Positions 9,044 through 16,645 of a stretch of DNA of 51,060 bases are shown here, in pieces. Position 1 is the stretch's first letter. Each line of letters starts with the position of its first letter. Under the pieces are notes generated by a model. That model saw only the letters and a program-made list of their open reading frames with translations. It did no database searches and was not told the origin of the DNA. This stretch comes from a virus: UHGV virus genome UHGV-0021437; one strand, given 5' to 3'. The translations under genes were made by a program, and so were the position numbers.

Positions 9044-9889
9044 TTACTCTTCCCAATCGTCCTCTTCTTCATCCCAATCATCGGAATCACTTTCTTCGTC
9101 CGCTTCTTCCAAAAGGTCAATATAATATTCTTTTGACTTCTTTGGTTTACAATCAATATCACGTTCTTTACACAGCTTATAAAGTTCCTGTGGCTTCATG
9201 CTTTCATAGTCGTTTGTTTCTTCCTCTTCTTCATCCCAATCATCTGTTTCCTCTACTTTTGTTTTAGCTTTTGTTTTGTTTGGTTTCTTCTTTGGCTCGT
9301 CCTCTTCAAAATCTTCATTGTTATCAGATGGATATGCCTTGTCAATATATTTTAAAATTGCTGAATCAGAAAGTGGTTTTACTTTGTTATTTCTAAATTT
9401 CGCTTTGTCCAATGGAATAACAGAATACGTTGTGCTCTGTCCTTTTCCGATTCTCTTAATCTCATAGTCTCTATCCAAAAGTGTTCCATAATTTTCATAC
9501 AATGAAGCAAGTGCGGGAACTGGTGAACAGTTATTAACTGCCGCCATCAACAGTTTCACTTCTTTACTTTCATAATCGTAAACACTCCAAACATACATTT
9601 TTCTTGTTCTTAAATTTTCATCTTCACAATACTCACACTCTCTGCCAAACTCTTCTTGGCATGGAACATTTACACCTAATGCAAAACTGTCGTGGAACTT
9701 AATTTCCAAACCATCTTCCATATCTGTTAAGAATCTTACTCTTGCTTTAGAATCCTCTTTGAAGAACATGAACTTTCCTTTGCTTGTTCCACTCTTACTG
9801 ATTTCACTTTTAATGTCTGATAACTTAATTTTTCCCATGTTTATTTTTCTCCTTTTATTCTTTTGATATGTTTGTTTTATACTCACCAA
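9044..9889 (-). CDS. T4 gp32-like single-stranded DNA-binding protein with a C-terminal HeH motif and acidic Trp-containing tail
   Basis: ARVRFLTD resembles gp32 AVIRFLPS. Zinc ligands H-x11-C-x7-C-x2-C (HDSFALGVNVPCQEEFGRECEYC) match the gp32 zinc site. C-terminal ELYKLCKERDID...YIDLL is an HeH motif. Tail ends DSDDWDEEEDDWEE. Confidence 0.6.
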   Translation of the reverse strand: MVSIKQTYQKNKRRKINMGKIKLSDIKSEISKSGTSKGKFMFFKEDSKARVRFLTDMEDGLEIKFHDSFALGVNVPCQEEFGRECEYCEDENLRTRKMYVWSVYDYESKEVKLLMAAVNNCSPVPALASLYENYGTLLDRDYEIKRIGKGQSTTYSVIPLDKAKFRNNKVKPLSDSAILKYIDKAYPSDNNEDFEEDEPKKKPNKTKAKTKVEETDDWDEEEEETNDYESMKPQELYKLCKERDIDCKPKKSKEYYIDLLEEADEESDSDDWDEEEDDWEE

Positions 9890-10238
9890 TTTCTACTGCA
9901 CAAAACTGTTTTGGATTTATAATATAACCGCCAAACTCTATATATGCATTTGCATCTTTAAGATAACATTGTTTTATAACACTTGCTATATTGCTAACTG
10001 AATCTTTCACAACTTGTTTTGCCTGTTTTACTAAGTCTGTTAAAAGCATTTCATCAAAACTTACTTTATCCTCGTCACGCATAAATCCGAACTTTGTTTC
10101 ATATTCACTACAAATCAGTTTGTATTCTTCACTCTCTTCATTATACTCTCCACACACCACTCTGTCAATCGTTAATTTTTCAAGTGTGTCTTTATGATAC
10201 AAATTCATTTTACAAGTTACTTTGTATTTCAGTACCAT
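9855..10238 (-). CDS. hypothetical protein (127 aa)
   Basis: ORF from the track. Confidence 0.4.
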   Translation of the reverse strand: MVLKYKVTCKMNLYHKDTLEKLTIDRVVCGEYNEESEEYKLICSEYETKFGFMRDEDKVSFDEMLLTDLVKQAKQVVKDSVSNIASVIKQCYLKDANAYIEFGGYIINPKQFCAVEIGEYKTNISKE

Positions 10239-11184
10239 TCTTTCTGACCCTCCTAGAACGCTGTTTAGCGGCTTTTATTTCTTCCTCTGACATTTCCCCT
10301 ACATCTTTCTTATTAACTGGATAATCAAAACGTATGACATCGAAAAACCGCTTTAAATATTCTGTTCCTTTTATTCCACATTTATCGTTATCAAGTGCGG
10401 AAATTACTGTCGTAATTCCTTTTTGTTTTAATTTGTTTACCTGTTCATCTGATATATGCCATCCAAGTATTGCAACAACATTTTTTGTATGTCCTCTTGT
10501 TTTAAGACTTAGGTAGTCCATGTATCCCTCACATATATATGGAATGCAATTTTCCTCATATGTTCCGCATAATGTATCACGCTTTCTGAATCCCTCATTA
10601 TATAAATACTTTCTTTTCTTTTCAACATGCGGGTTCATTGTTCTTCCTACCCATCCCATAAACTTTTCATTGTCCAATATTGGAAATATAAATGGATATG
10701 CAACATTATAATTATACTTACACTTTGAAACATTTAATGCACGTTTACTAAATCCTCGCTTCTCCATGTATTCAATGATTTGTTTTTCGTCCTTACTGTT
10801 TGCTTCATTCCAATCTGTTGTTTTCAGTCCATAGTAATAATCTTTTGCTTCAATCAACGCTTGTTTGCTTTGTTTCTTTCGTTTCCTTTTAACCTTTATT
10901 TGCAACTTTTCTATTTTATCACTATGCAATATTTGTTCTAGCAAACAACATGCCTGTAAATCATTTAACTCTGGATGTGCTTTCATAACAAAATCTAATG
11001 CATTTCCTTTTGCTTCACATCCAAAACAAAAAAATGTTCCATCACTTAAACAAATTCGCATTGATGGGTTTATATCATCATGGAAAGGACATATGATATT
11101 AAACTCTGTTGTTGTTACTTCTTCAATGATTCCATAATAGATTAATACTTTCGCAAGTTCCTTTCCTCTATATGTTCTTATCAT
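10210..11184 (-). CDS. DnaG-like DNA primase (CHC2 zinc finger + TOPRIM)
   Basis: CPFHDDINPSMRI...CFGCEAKGNALDFV is a CHC2 zinc finger. TOPRIM-like EGYMDYLSL ... ALDNDKCG. Confidence 0.75.
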   Translation of the reverse strand: MIRTYRGKELAKVLIYYGIIEEVTTTEFNIICPFHDDINPSMRICLSDGTFFCFGCEAKGNALDFVMKAHPELNDLQACCLLEQILHSDKIEKLQIKVKRKRKKQSKQALIEAKDYYYGLKTTDWNEANSKDEKQIIEYMEKRGFSKRALNVSKCKYNYNVAYPFIFPILDNEKFMGWVGRTMNPHVEKKRKYLYNEGFRKRDTLCGTYEENCIPYICEGYMDYLSLKTRGHTKNVVAILGWHISDEQVNKLKQKGITTVISALDNDKCGIKGTEYLKRFFDVIRFDYPVNKKDVGEMSEEEIKAAKQRSRRVRKNGTEIQSNL

Positions 11185-11194
11185 GCATTTTGTT

Positions 11195-11731
11195 CTAGCC
11201 TTTCTGTTCTGTTATTTTAATGTATGGCTCTGATATTTCAACATCACAACATTTTCCTAACTGCGCTTTATCCTCTTTACTTATTTTGCCTGTTTCATAC
11301 ATTCTATCAAGTTCTACCTCATTCATTGTTTCTTCTACATCAATGAACTTTTTAAACTTCTTTGCATCCACTCCACATTGTTTCAAATACTTAATGAGTC
11401 CATCCATATCATTCACTTTGTATGTTTTATTTACAACTGTTTTATACAGCTGTTTTGAAATGTTTTGTTTTAACTTTTCAAACTTCCATGTTAGCGTCTT
11501 TCTTCTTACTTTTGTTACTTTAAGTTTCACATGGTTTGTGTAATAATTCACTCCATCTTTTAACTCAATGTCAAAAGTTTCTTCTCCTTTTGGAAGATTT
11601 GTAAACATGAAATTCGTAACTGCAAGCTGTTCTTTTTTTCTTACTTCATTGTAATATTCATCAAACTTTTTCTTTTCCTGTTGCGCTTCATACAATCTTC
11701 TAACGCTCTGTTCTATCTGTGATGTGTTCAT
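11195..11731 (-). CDS. hypothetical protein (178 aa)
   Basis: ORF from the track. Confidence 0.4.
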   Translation of the reverse strand: MNTSQIEQSVRRLYEAQQEKKKFDEYYNEVRKKEQLAVTNFMFTNLPKGEETFDIELKDGVNYYTNHVKLKVTKVRRKTLTWKFEKLKQNISKQLYKTVVNKTYKVNDMDGLIKYLKQCGVDAKKFKKFIDVEETMNEVELDRMYETGKISKEDKAQLGKCCDVEISEPYIKITEQKG

Positions 11732-12350
11732 TCTTCTTGCCTGTCCTTTCTTTGTATTCTTTTACTGCCTGTCTCTGTGTATATAATACAGAATTAATGT
11801 CTTTTGGATATGTTCTAACATTGATATCTCTAATGAAAACAAGTTCATCAAATGTTAATTCTTTTTCTTCTCCTACTGGTGTCTGTACTCTTACAAGCTC
11901 ACGCTTTCTGTTTACTCCTACAACTTTTGCCGTTCCTAACTTCTTTAAAAGTTTACCGTGTTTTGTTTCGATAAATCTGACATAGCAAATCATACAACCA
12001 ACCTGTAAAACATTATCATAAATACGTTGTTCTTTTCTTGAACCATATTTCATTTCGATTTCTTCTAGTGTTGCAACTTCTCTTTTCTCTGTTTCCTCTG
12101 TGTTTGTTTTAACCTCTTCTGTTACAACTGGTTCTTCAACCTTTATTTCTGTTTTTGTTTCATCCCATGCTTCTTCATCTTCGTCAACACTTGGTTCTGG
12201 CTGTTTCTCAACAATACTTTCATTTTCATAAGCATTAAGTCTATCAATCAATTCCTGTCTTGTAAATTTATGTCCTTTGCTTTCAAGTGTAAGCCCTCTG
12301 TTTCTTGACTCCTGTTTTAACTCTGCTACTTTCATTTCTTCAAATCTCAT
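11700..12350 (-). CDS. HeH/SAP-motif protein (216 aa)
   Basis: N-terminal MKVAELKQESRNRGLTLESKGHKFTRQELIDRL is a classical Rho-N/SAP helix-extension-helix motif, followed by an acidic linker. Confidence 0.45.
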   Translation of the reverse strand: MRFEEMKVAELKQESRNRGLTLESKGHKFTRQELIDRLNAYENESIVEKQPEPSVDEDEEAWDETKTEIKVEEPVVTEEVKTNTEETEKREVATLEEIEMKYGSRKEQRIYDNVLQVGCMICYVRFIETKHGKLLKKLGTAKVVGVNRKRELVRVQTPVGEEKELTFDELVFIRDINVRTYPKDINSVLYTQRQAVKEYKERTGKKNEHITDRTER

Positions 12351-12414
12351 TTGTTTTGTTCTCCTTTTCTTTTTATGTGATAATTATATCACTTTATCTT
12401 TACGCTGTCAATAT

Positions 12415-12606
12415 TTATTTTAAAACGATTATGCAAATTACTGATAACATATACAGCATTCCAAACAATGATAAACAAGCTATAATATCATTGAAATCCT
12501 GTTTTGTTATGCCCCATTCTTTCCAAAAGGTTTTGAACGCTCTTTTGAACGTTCTTACCTTTCTTCTCATTTTTCTCTGCAACTTTCTGTAATTGTATGG
12601 TGTCAT
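12415..12606 (-). CDS. small basic protein with a C-terminal transmembrane helix (63 aa)
   Basis: Basic N-terminus and a hydrophobic C-terminus, CLSLFGMLYMLSVICIIVL. Confidence 0.35.
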   Translation of the reverse strand: MTPYNYRKLQRKMRRKVRTFKRAFKTFWKEWGITKQDFNDIIACLSLFGMLYMLSVICIIVLK

Positions 12607-12625
12607 TTTGTTTTATCTCCTTTCT

Positions 12626-12874
12626 TTATGCTCTTTCTACAGACTCCATAAAACTTTTTAATATTTGTTTTTGTTCTTCATCTGTTAAAAGTTCCATATC
12701 CCAAAAGGCTCTTACATATCCGTTAAAATGTGCTATGTATTCATTTTTATACTCTCCAAAGGTTTCACAAGAAATCATTCCTTTTTTATATTGCTCATAT
12801 CTATGGTGAATTCTTCCAATTATAAATGTTTTTCTTTCTTCGATTTTGTTCATTGCTAATGTTTTCATATTCAT
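12626..12874 (-). CDS. hypothetical protein (82 aa)
   Basis: ORF with RBS AGGAGGAATG. First gene after promoter P1. Confidence 0.4.
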   Translation of the reverse strand: MNMKTLAMNKIEERKTFIIGRIHHRYEQYKKGMISCETFGEYKNEYIAHFNGYVRAFWDMELLTDEEQKQILKSFMESVERA

Positions 12875-12931
12875 TCCTCCTAGTTTGTTCTCCTTTTCCG
12901 TTTTGTATTTATTATCTCTTAACTTGATTTA

Positions 12932-12960
12932 ATTATATATCAAATGATTGATTTTGTCAA
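12932..12960 (-). promoter_or_regulatory. sigma-70-type promoter TTGACA-N17-TATAAT with downstream ATCAAGTTAAG element
   Basis: -35 at 12955-12960 and -10 at 12932-12937, read on the minus strand. Confidence 0.5.
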
Positions 12961-12974
12961 CCATTTTTTATTTT

Positions 12975-13118
12975 TTATTTTAATGTATTAACTACTGGCT
13001 TAACAATTTCATATTCAACAAATACACTAGCCATAACTTCTGCTGTTTCTTTGTCAACTCCCTGTTTGATTAAATCCTGTTTATATGCTTTCTTTGCTTC
13101 TCTCTGTGCTTTTGTCAT
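12975..13118 (-). CDS. small hypothetical protein (47 aa; MTKAQREAKKAYKQDLIKQGVDKETAEVMASVFVEYEIVKPVVNTLK)
   Basis: Not in the ORF track because it is under 60 aa. Perfect RBS AGGAGGAACAAAACAATG. Immediately downstream of promoter P2. Confidence 0.4.
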   Translation of the reverse strand: MTKAQREAKKAYKQDLIKQGVDKETAEVMASVFVEYEIVKPVVNTLK

Positions 13119-13172
13119 TGTTTTGTTCCTCCTAATTTGTTTTATTTAACTGTTTACCTTTAACTTGATTAT

Positions 13173-13200
13173 ATTATAACATATTTAAAACAAAAGTCAA
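13173..13200 (-). promoter_or_regulatory. sigma-70-type promoter TTGACT-N16-TATAAT with downstream ATAATCAAGTTAAAG leader
   Basis: -35 at 13195-13200 and -10 at 13173-13178. An about 85-nt promoter-leader nearly identical to the cassette at 42118-42202. Confidence 0.5.
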
Positions 13201-13230
13201 TAGATTTTTATAAAATATTTTAAAATAAAT

Positions 13231-13286
13231 AAAGCTATATAAAATATATAAATATATTAATTATATTATATATAATATATAGCTTT
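13231..13286 (-). terminator. AT-rich 56-nt palindrome (AAAGCTATAT ... ATATAGCTTT); terminator or origin-like element
   Basis: Perfect 10-nt inverted arms flank a TA-repeat core, directly downstream of the ORF ending at 13292. A U-rich tract follows on the minus strand. Confidence 0.4.
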
Positions 13287-13291
13287 TTGTT

Positions 13292-14023
13292 TTATTTATT
13301 TGTTTTATGTTTTGTTTCTTTCTTCTTCCACTTATCTGTATAAGTATCATTATATTTGTCTTTATACTTCTTATGGTATTTATCCTGTACATTATGAATT
13401 GCTATTACATCATAACCTGTTCCATTGAGCTGTTCGCACATTCTGTTAATTTCTTTCAACTCTTTTGTTACATCCTGTATAAGTTTAGATATATATTCCG
13501 CATCTGCTCCCATCCCATTGTTCATGCATTTCTGCCACTGTTCCTCATACAGTTCTTTTGTTTCATGTTCCCACTGTTTGTACTGTTCCATTGCGTTCTT
13601 TACGAACTTAGGGAGAACACTGTCATTCACATCATCTGTTGTGTATTTGCTCCAATCTCTAGGAATCATCTGTGGAAACTGTACTTGTCTTAACGGAATT
13701 AACTTCTGGTGAAGATTTATATATTTATGGTGAAGCTTTCTTTTGTTTGCACATTCATCCATATACTGACATTCTAACTTTCTTTTGAATCCCTGTAAAC
13801 CAAGAAAACAAAAATAGTCTGCAAGCTGTTCATGGAAACTTAATGCTTTCTGCATGTGCTCATCAAGTTTTATATATACTTCTTCTGCAATGTTTTCTTG
13901 CATACGTTTGTTTCTTTGTGTCCCCATGTATGGTTGCTGTTCCTGTGTATTCCATCCTTGTTCTGTGTTTGTTTTGTTTTGATTTATGTTTTCATCATAT
14001 TTCACACCATTTACTTCATACAT
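13292..14023 (-). CDS. hypothetical protein (243 aa) with a Lys/Tyr-rich C-terminal tail
   Basis: ORF from the track; no family recognised. Part of the terminator-delimited cargo block. Confidence 0.4.
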   Translation of the reverse strand: MYEVNGVKYDENINQNKTNTEQGWNTQEQQPYMGTQRNKRMQENIAEEVYIKLDEHMQKALSFHEQLADYFCFLGLQGFKRKLECQYMDECANKRKLHHKYINLHQKLIPLRQVQFPQMIPRDWSKYTTDDVNDSVLPKFVKNAMEQYKQWEHETKELYEEQWQKCMNNGMGADAEYISKLIQDVTKELKEINRMCEQLNGTGYDVIAIHNVQDKYHKKYKDKYNDTYTDKWKKKETKHKTNK

Positions 14024-14036
14024 TGTTTTGCCCTCC

Positions 14037-14420
14037 TTATATTACTGGTATTACTGGAAAATTATAACTTGTTCCGCATAACTCACAACCACTAACCATA
14101 AAAACACCAACATCTGTTGCAACATTTGTGTGGTACACTTTTCTACTTCTTAACTGGTCTGCATGGACATTGTTTCCGCACTTTGTTCTAAGTACATATT
14201 GTGTTGTTCCTGTTCCAATCGTTATAGCTACCGTTTCTGCACTTGTTACTGTCGGAATTGCCTGTGCTATGCAAATACATACTTTTTCTTTGTTACTATA
14301 GCTAGCCTGTGGTATATTCAGAATCAAAACACCATCCTGTACTGTTACACTATTTGTTTTCACAAAGTGAACACAACCACCGCATCCATATCCATTATTA
14401 TTATATAAACTACATGCCAT
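14037..14420 (-). CDS. hypothetical Cys-rich protein (127 aa)
   Basis: N-terminal CSLYNNNGYGCGGC plus internal CICI and a C-terminal CELCG. Confidence 0.4.
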   Translation of the reverse strand: MACSLYNNNGYGCGGCVHFVKTNSVTVQDGVLILNIPQASYSNKEKVCICIAQAIPTVTSAETVAITIGTGTTQYVLRTKCGNNVHADQLRSRKVYHTNVATDVGVFMVSGCELCGTSYNFPVIPVI

Positions 14421-14454
14421 TTTATATCACCCTTTCTAACCCTTTTAATTAAAC

Positions 14455-14480
14455 GAATAGGGCGGTTTTTATGCCGCCCT
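14455..14480 (-). terminator. GC hairpin terminator candidate
   Basis: GGGCGG-tttttatg-CCGCCC, between the genes ending at 14535 and starting at 14420. Confidence 0.4.
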
Positions 14481-14534
14481 TACAAATATATCACGCATAA
14501 GCGGAAACTCTCTTAAATCAACGAATAAACACCT

Positions 14535-15242
14535 TTAACATCCGCATCCATTATTGCAAGCTGTTCCATAGTGTGAAAACATCTGTGCGCTTTCATATGG
14601 ACTACATGTCTGATATGCCGGAATCGGTGTTGGTCTTAATGTTGAAATCAGTGTTGCGTTCTGTGCCTGCTGACTCAACTGGAAGTTTGCTGTCTGTAAC
14701 TGGTCACGTAAGCTCTGAATTTCATTCTGTGTCATTAATGCTCTTGTTGCATCACCATCTGCTTTAATGGCGTTCACAATGTCACATGTGTTTCTTGCAT
14801 TTTCATATCTTACAGAATCAATACTTCTCTGTGTTGTACAGCAACAATCTGCAAGCTGTGAAGCCAGTGCATTTGTGTTCTGCATTCCCGCTACTGCTAC
14901 ATTGTTAATTGCTTGCTGTGTTCCATTAAAACCATTCAGAAGTGAAGTATTCACTGCATAGAAACCATCACAAATTCCATTCTCCAAACCATTCAGTTTG
15001 TTCATTACTGCTTGGTTATCGAATCCTCTCTGGATTGCACTATCTGTATATGCGCTTGCTGTACTATTCATACCATTTCCACCCCAGTTTCCGAAATTAC
15101 CTCCCCAAGCCAAGAGGAAAAATAAGAAAAAAATCCAGCTTCCGTTACCGTCACCGAACATTCCATTGTTTTCTTTACCGAGTGCTAATGCATCAGCTAC
15201 ACTCAATCCATTTCCATCCATTCCCATAATTGTTACCTCCAA
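14535..15242 (-). CDS. Gly/Asn-rich membrane protein with a coiled coil and C-terminal Cys cluster (235 aa)
   Basis: Transmembrane helix WIFFLFFLLAW followed by GGNFGNWGGNG. Coiled-coil region IQSLRDQLQTANFQLSQQ. Contains CCC and ends ...ACNNGCGC. Confidence 0.4.
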   Translation of the reverse strand: MEVTIMGMDGNGLSVADALALGKENNGMFGDGNGSWIFFLFFLLAWGGNFGNWGGNGMNSTASAYTDSAIQRGFDNQAVMNKLNGLENGICDGFYAVNTSLLNGFNGTQQAINNVAVAGMQNTNALASQLADCCCTTQRSIDSVRYENARNTCDIVNAIKADGDATRALMTQNEIQSLRDQLQTANFQLSQQAQNATLISTLRPTPIPAYQTCSPYESAQMFSHYGTACNNGCGC

Positions 15243-15277
15243 TTAATAATATTTATATAAACCGCTATATGTACACT

Positions 15278-15466
15278 TTAGCGACTCATACCACCCATAA
15301 ATGCTTGAAACTGTTTATAAGCCTGTTCTATATCTATTCCTCTTTGCTTACATAAATTTCTTGCTACTTGCTCAAGCTCTTCATTTGTTTTACCTTGTGC
15401 CATCTGTTCTGCCCTTTTAAAAAGTGGATTATTCTGCATCATTTGTTTGCTCAACTTCTGTAACAT
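15278..15466 (-). CDS. small hypothetical protein (62 aa)
   Basis: ORF from the track. Confidence 0.35.
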   Translation of the reverse strand: MLQKLSKQMMQNNPLFKRAEQMAQGKTNEELEQVARNLCKQRGIDIEQAYKQFQAFMGGMSR

Positions 15467-15863
15467 ATGCTGTTCCCTCCTTGAGTTCTTTTATTCTTTG
15501 TTTTAATTCACTTATAACATTTTCAAACTGTTGCTTAGAAACATACTCAACACTTGTTTTATTTTCTGTTGGTTTTAATGTATATGTTTTAAGTTCTGCT
15601 GAACCATCTAACAAGATTTGCTTTGTATAGATACATCCATTTGCAATATCAGTGAAAACAAACAAACTACCATCTAAGTCAATCATACTTGCTTTTGCTT
15701 CATCATAGCTTGAAACTGGTCTACCTTTTAGCATCTGTGTTTGACTCTGATTCTGCATATATGGTTGTTGGTAATTATATTGCTGTTCCATCTGTGCAAT
15801 TCTATTTTGTGTTAATTGTTGCTGATATGGATTCATCCCATACCCTGTATAATTGTACATCAA
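15429..15863 (-). CDS. hypothetical protein with a Q/N/Y-rich, prion-like N-terminus (144 aa)
   Basis: N-terminus MMYNYTGYGMNPYQQQLTQNRIAQMEQQYNYQQPYMQNQSQTQ. Confidence 0.4.
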   Translation of the reverse strand: MMYNYTGYGMNPYQQQLTQNRIAQMEQQYNYQQPYMQNQSQTQMLKGRPVSSYDEAKASMIDLDGSLFVFTDIANGCIYTKQILLDGSAELKTYTLKPTENKTSVEYVSKQQFENVISELKQRIKELKEGTAYVTEVEQTNDAE

Positions 15864-15952
15864 TCACCACTCCTTTCATGCTTATAATATATCACACTTT
15901 TAATGTTTTGAAATATAAACAAGTATACTAGGAAGAACCATAAAGAATATGT

Positions 15953-15982
15953 GCAATAAAAAAGGAGTGCTTTCGCACTCCC
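15953..15982 (-). terminator. strong rho-independent terminator
   Basis: GGAGTGC-tttc-GCACTCC hairpin plus U8 on the minus strand, immediately after the sigma-like gene. Confidence 0.6.
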
Positions 15983-16216
15983 TTAAATCATTCTACCTAT
16001 TTTCATAAGCATCTTTCTATGTTTCTTTTTGATTGCTATTTCTGACAATCCTATTTCATCTGCTATACATTGTAAGGTTTTCTTTTCCTTGTAATGCATC
16101 CATAAGATTTTCTTTTCTTCTTCACTTAACATTGTTTGTTCCATTAAATCACTGAATTCTTTTACTGAACTTATGTCCTTTAGTTTCGTTCTAGTTTCTG
16201 CATTCTTTTTATCCAT
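15983..16216 (-). CDS. sigma-70 region-4-like HTH protein (77 aa from MDKK; the track ORF extends to 16294)
   Basis: EEKKILWMHYKEKKTLQCIADEIGLSEIAIKKKHRKMLMKI resembles sigma region 4. The MDKK start overlaps the stop of the upstream small ORF (ATGGATAA), which suggests translational coupling. Confidence 0.5.
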   Translation of the reverse strand: MDKKNAETRTKLKDISSVKEFSDLMEQTMLSEEEKKILWMHYKEKKTLQCIADEIGLSEIAIKKKHRKMLMKIGRMI

Positions 16217-16343
16217 GCTTACCACTTCCCATAAACTTTCCGCACACTGGACATTTCTTATGATTTCCACCCTGTTTGTTTCTGTTCTTTGCAACCTTAA
16301 CAGTTTTAACTGTTTTAGTTACATGTATGCTTGCTTTCGCCAT
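16209..16343 (-). CDS. small basic zinc-ribbon protein (44 aa; MAKASIHVTKTVKTVKVAKNRNKQGGNHKKCPVCGKFMGSGKHG)
   Basis: RBS GGTGGTGAG 8 nt upstream. CPVCG motif. Overlaps the start of the sigma-like ORF. Confidence 0.35.
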   Translation of the reverse strand: MAKASIHVTKTVKTVKVAKNRNKQGGNHKKCPVCGKFMGSGKHG

Positions 16344-16480
16344 TCTTAATTCTCACCACCTTGGTTATGAACCGCATTATCATTGTACTGATTTCCATTT
16401 ACATCATTATATTCTGCATTCGCATTATCTCCGCTTGTTTCAACATCAACATTCTTTCCATCTGTTGTTACATAATCAAA

Positions 16481-16630
16481 TTATGATTCATACCAAACAA
16501 AACAACCAAAATTAAATGCTGATTGCAGAAACATTAAAACAATTAAAATAATAATGATGATATCTTTCAATTTGTTTGAACGCTTATACTCTTTCTGTAC
16601 ATCTAACAGAACTTCGCTAAACTCTTCCAT
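16481..16630 (-). CDS. small membrane protein (49 aa)
   Basis: MEEFSEVLLDVQKEYKRSNKLKDIIIIILIVLMFLQSAFNFGCFVWYES. ATG at 16630. Not in the track because it is under 60 aa. Confidence 0.35.
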   Translation of the reverse strand: MEEFSEVLLDVQKEYKRSNKLKDIIIIILIVLMFLQSAFNFGCFVWYES

Positions 16631-16645
16631 GTTTGTTTCACTTCC

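Noticed and set aside
15983-16294. Sigma-like ORF starting at the Met at 16294 (103 aa)
   Set aside because: The upstream 26 codons overlap a better-supported 44-aa ORF (strong RBS) in another frame, and ATGGATAA coupling points to the internal MDKK start. Both are kept as alternatives. The shorter form is preferred.
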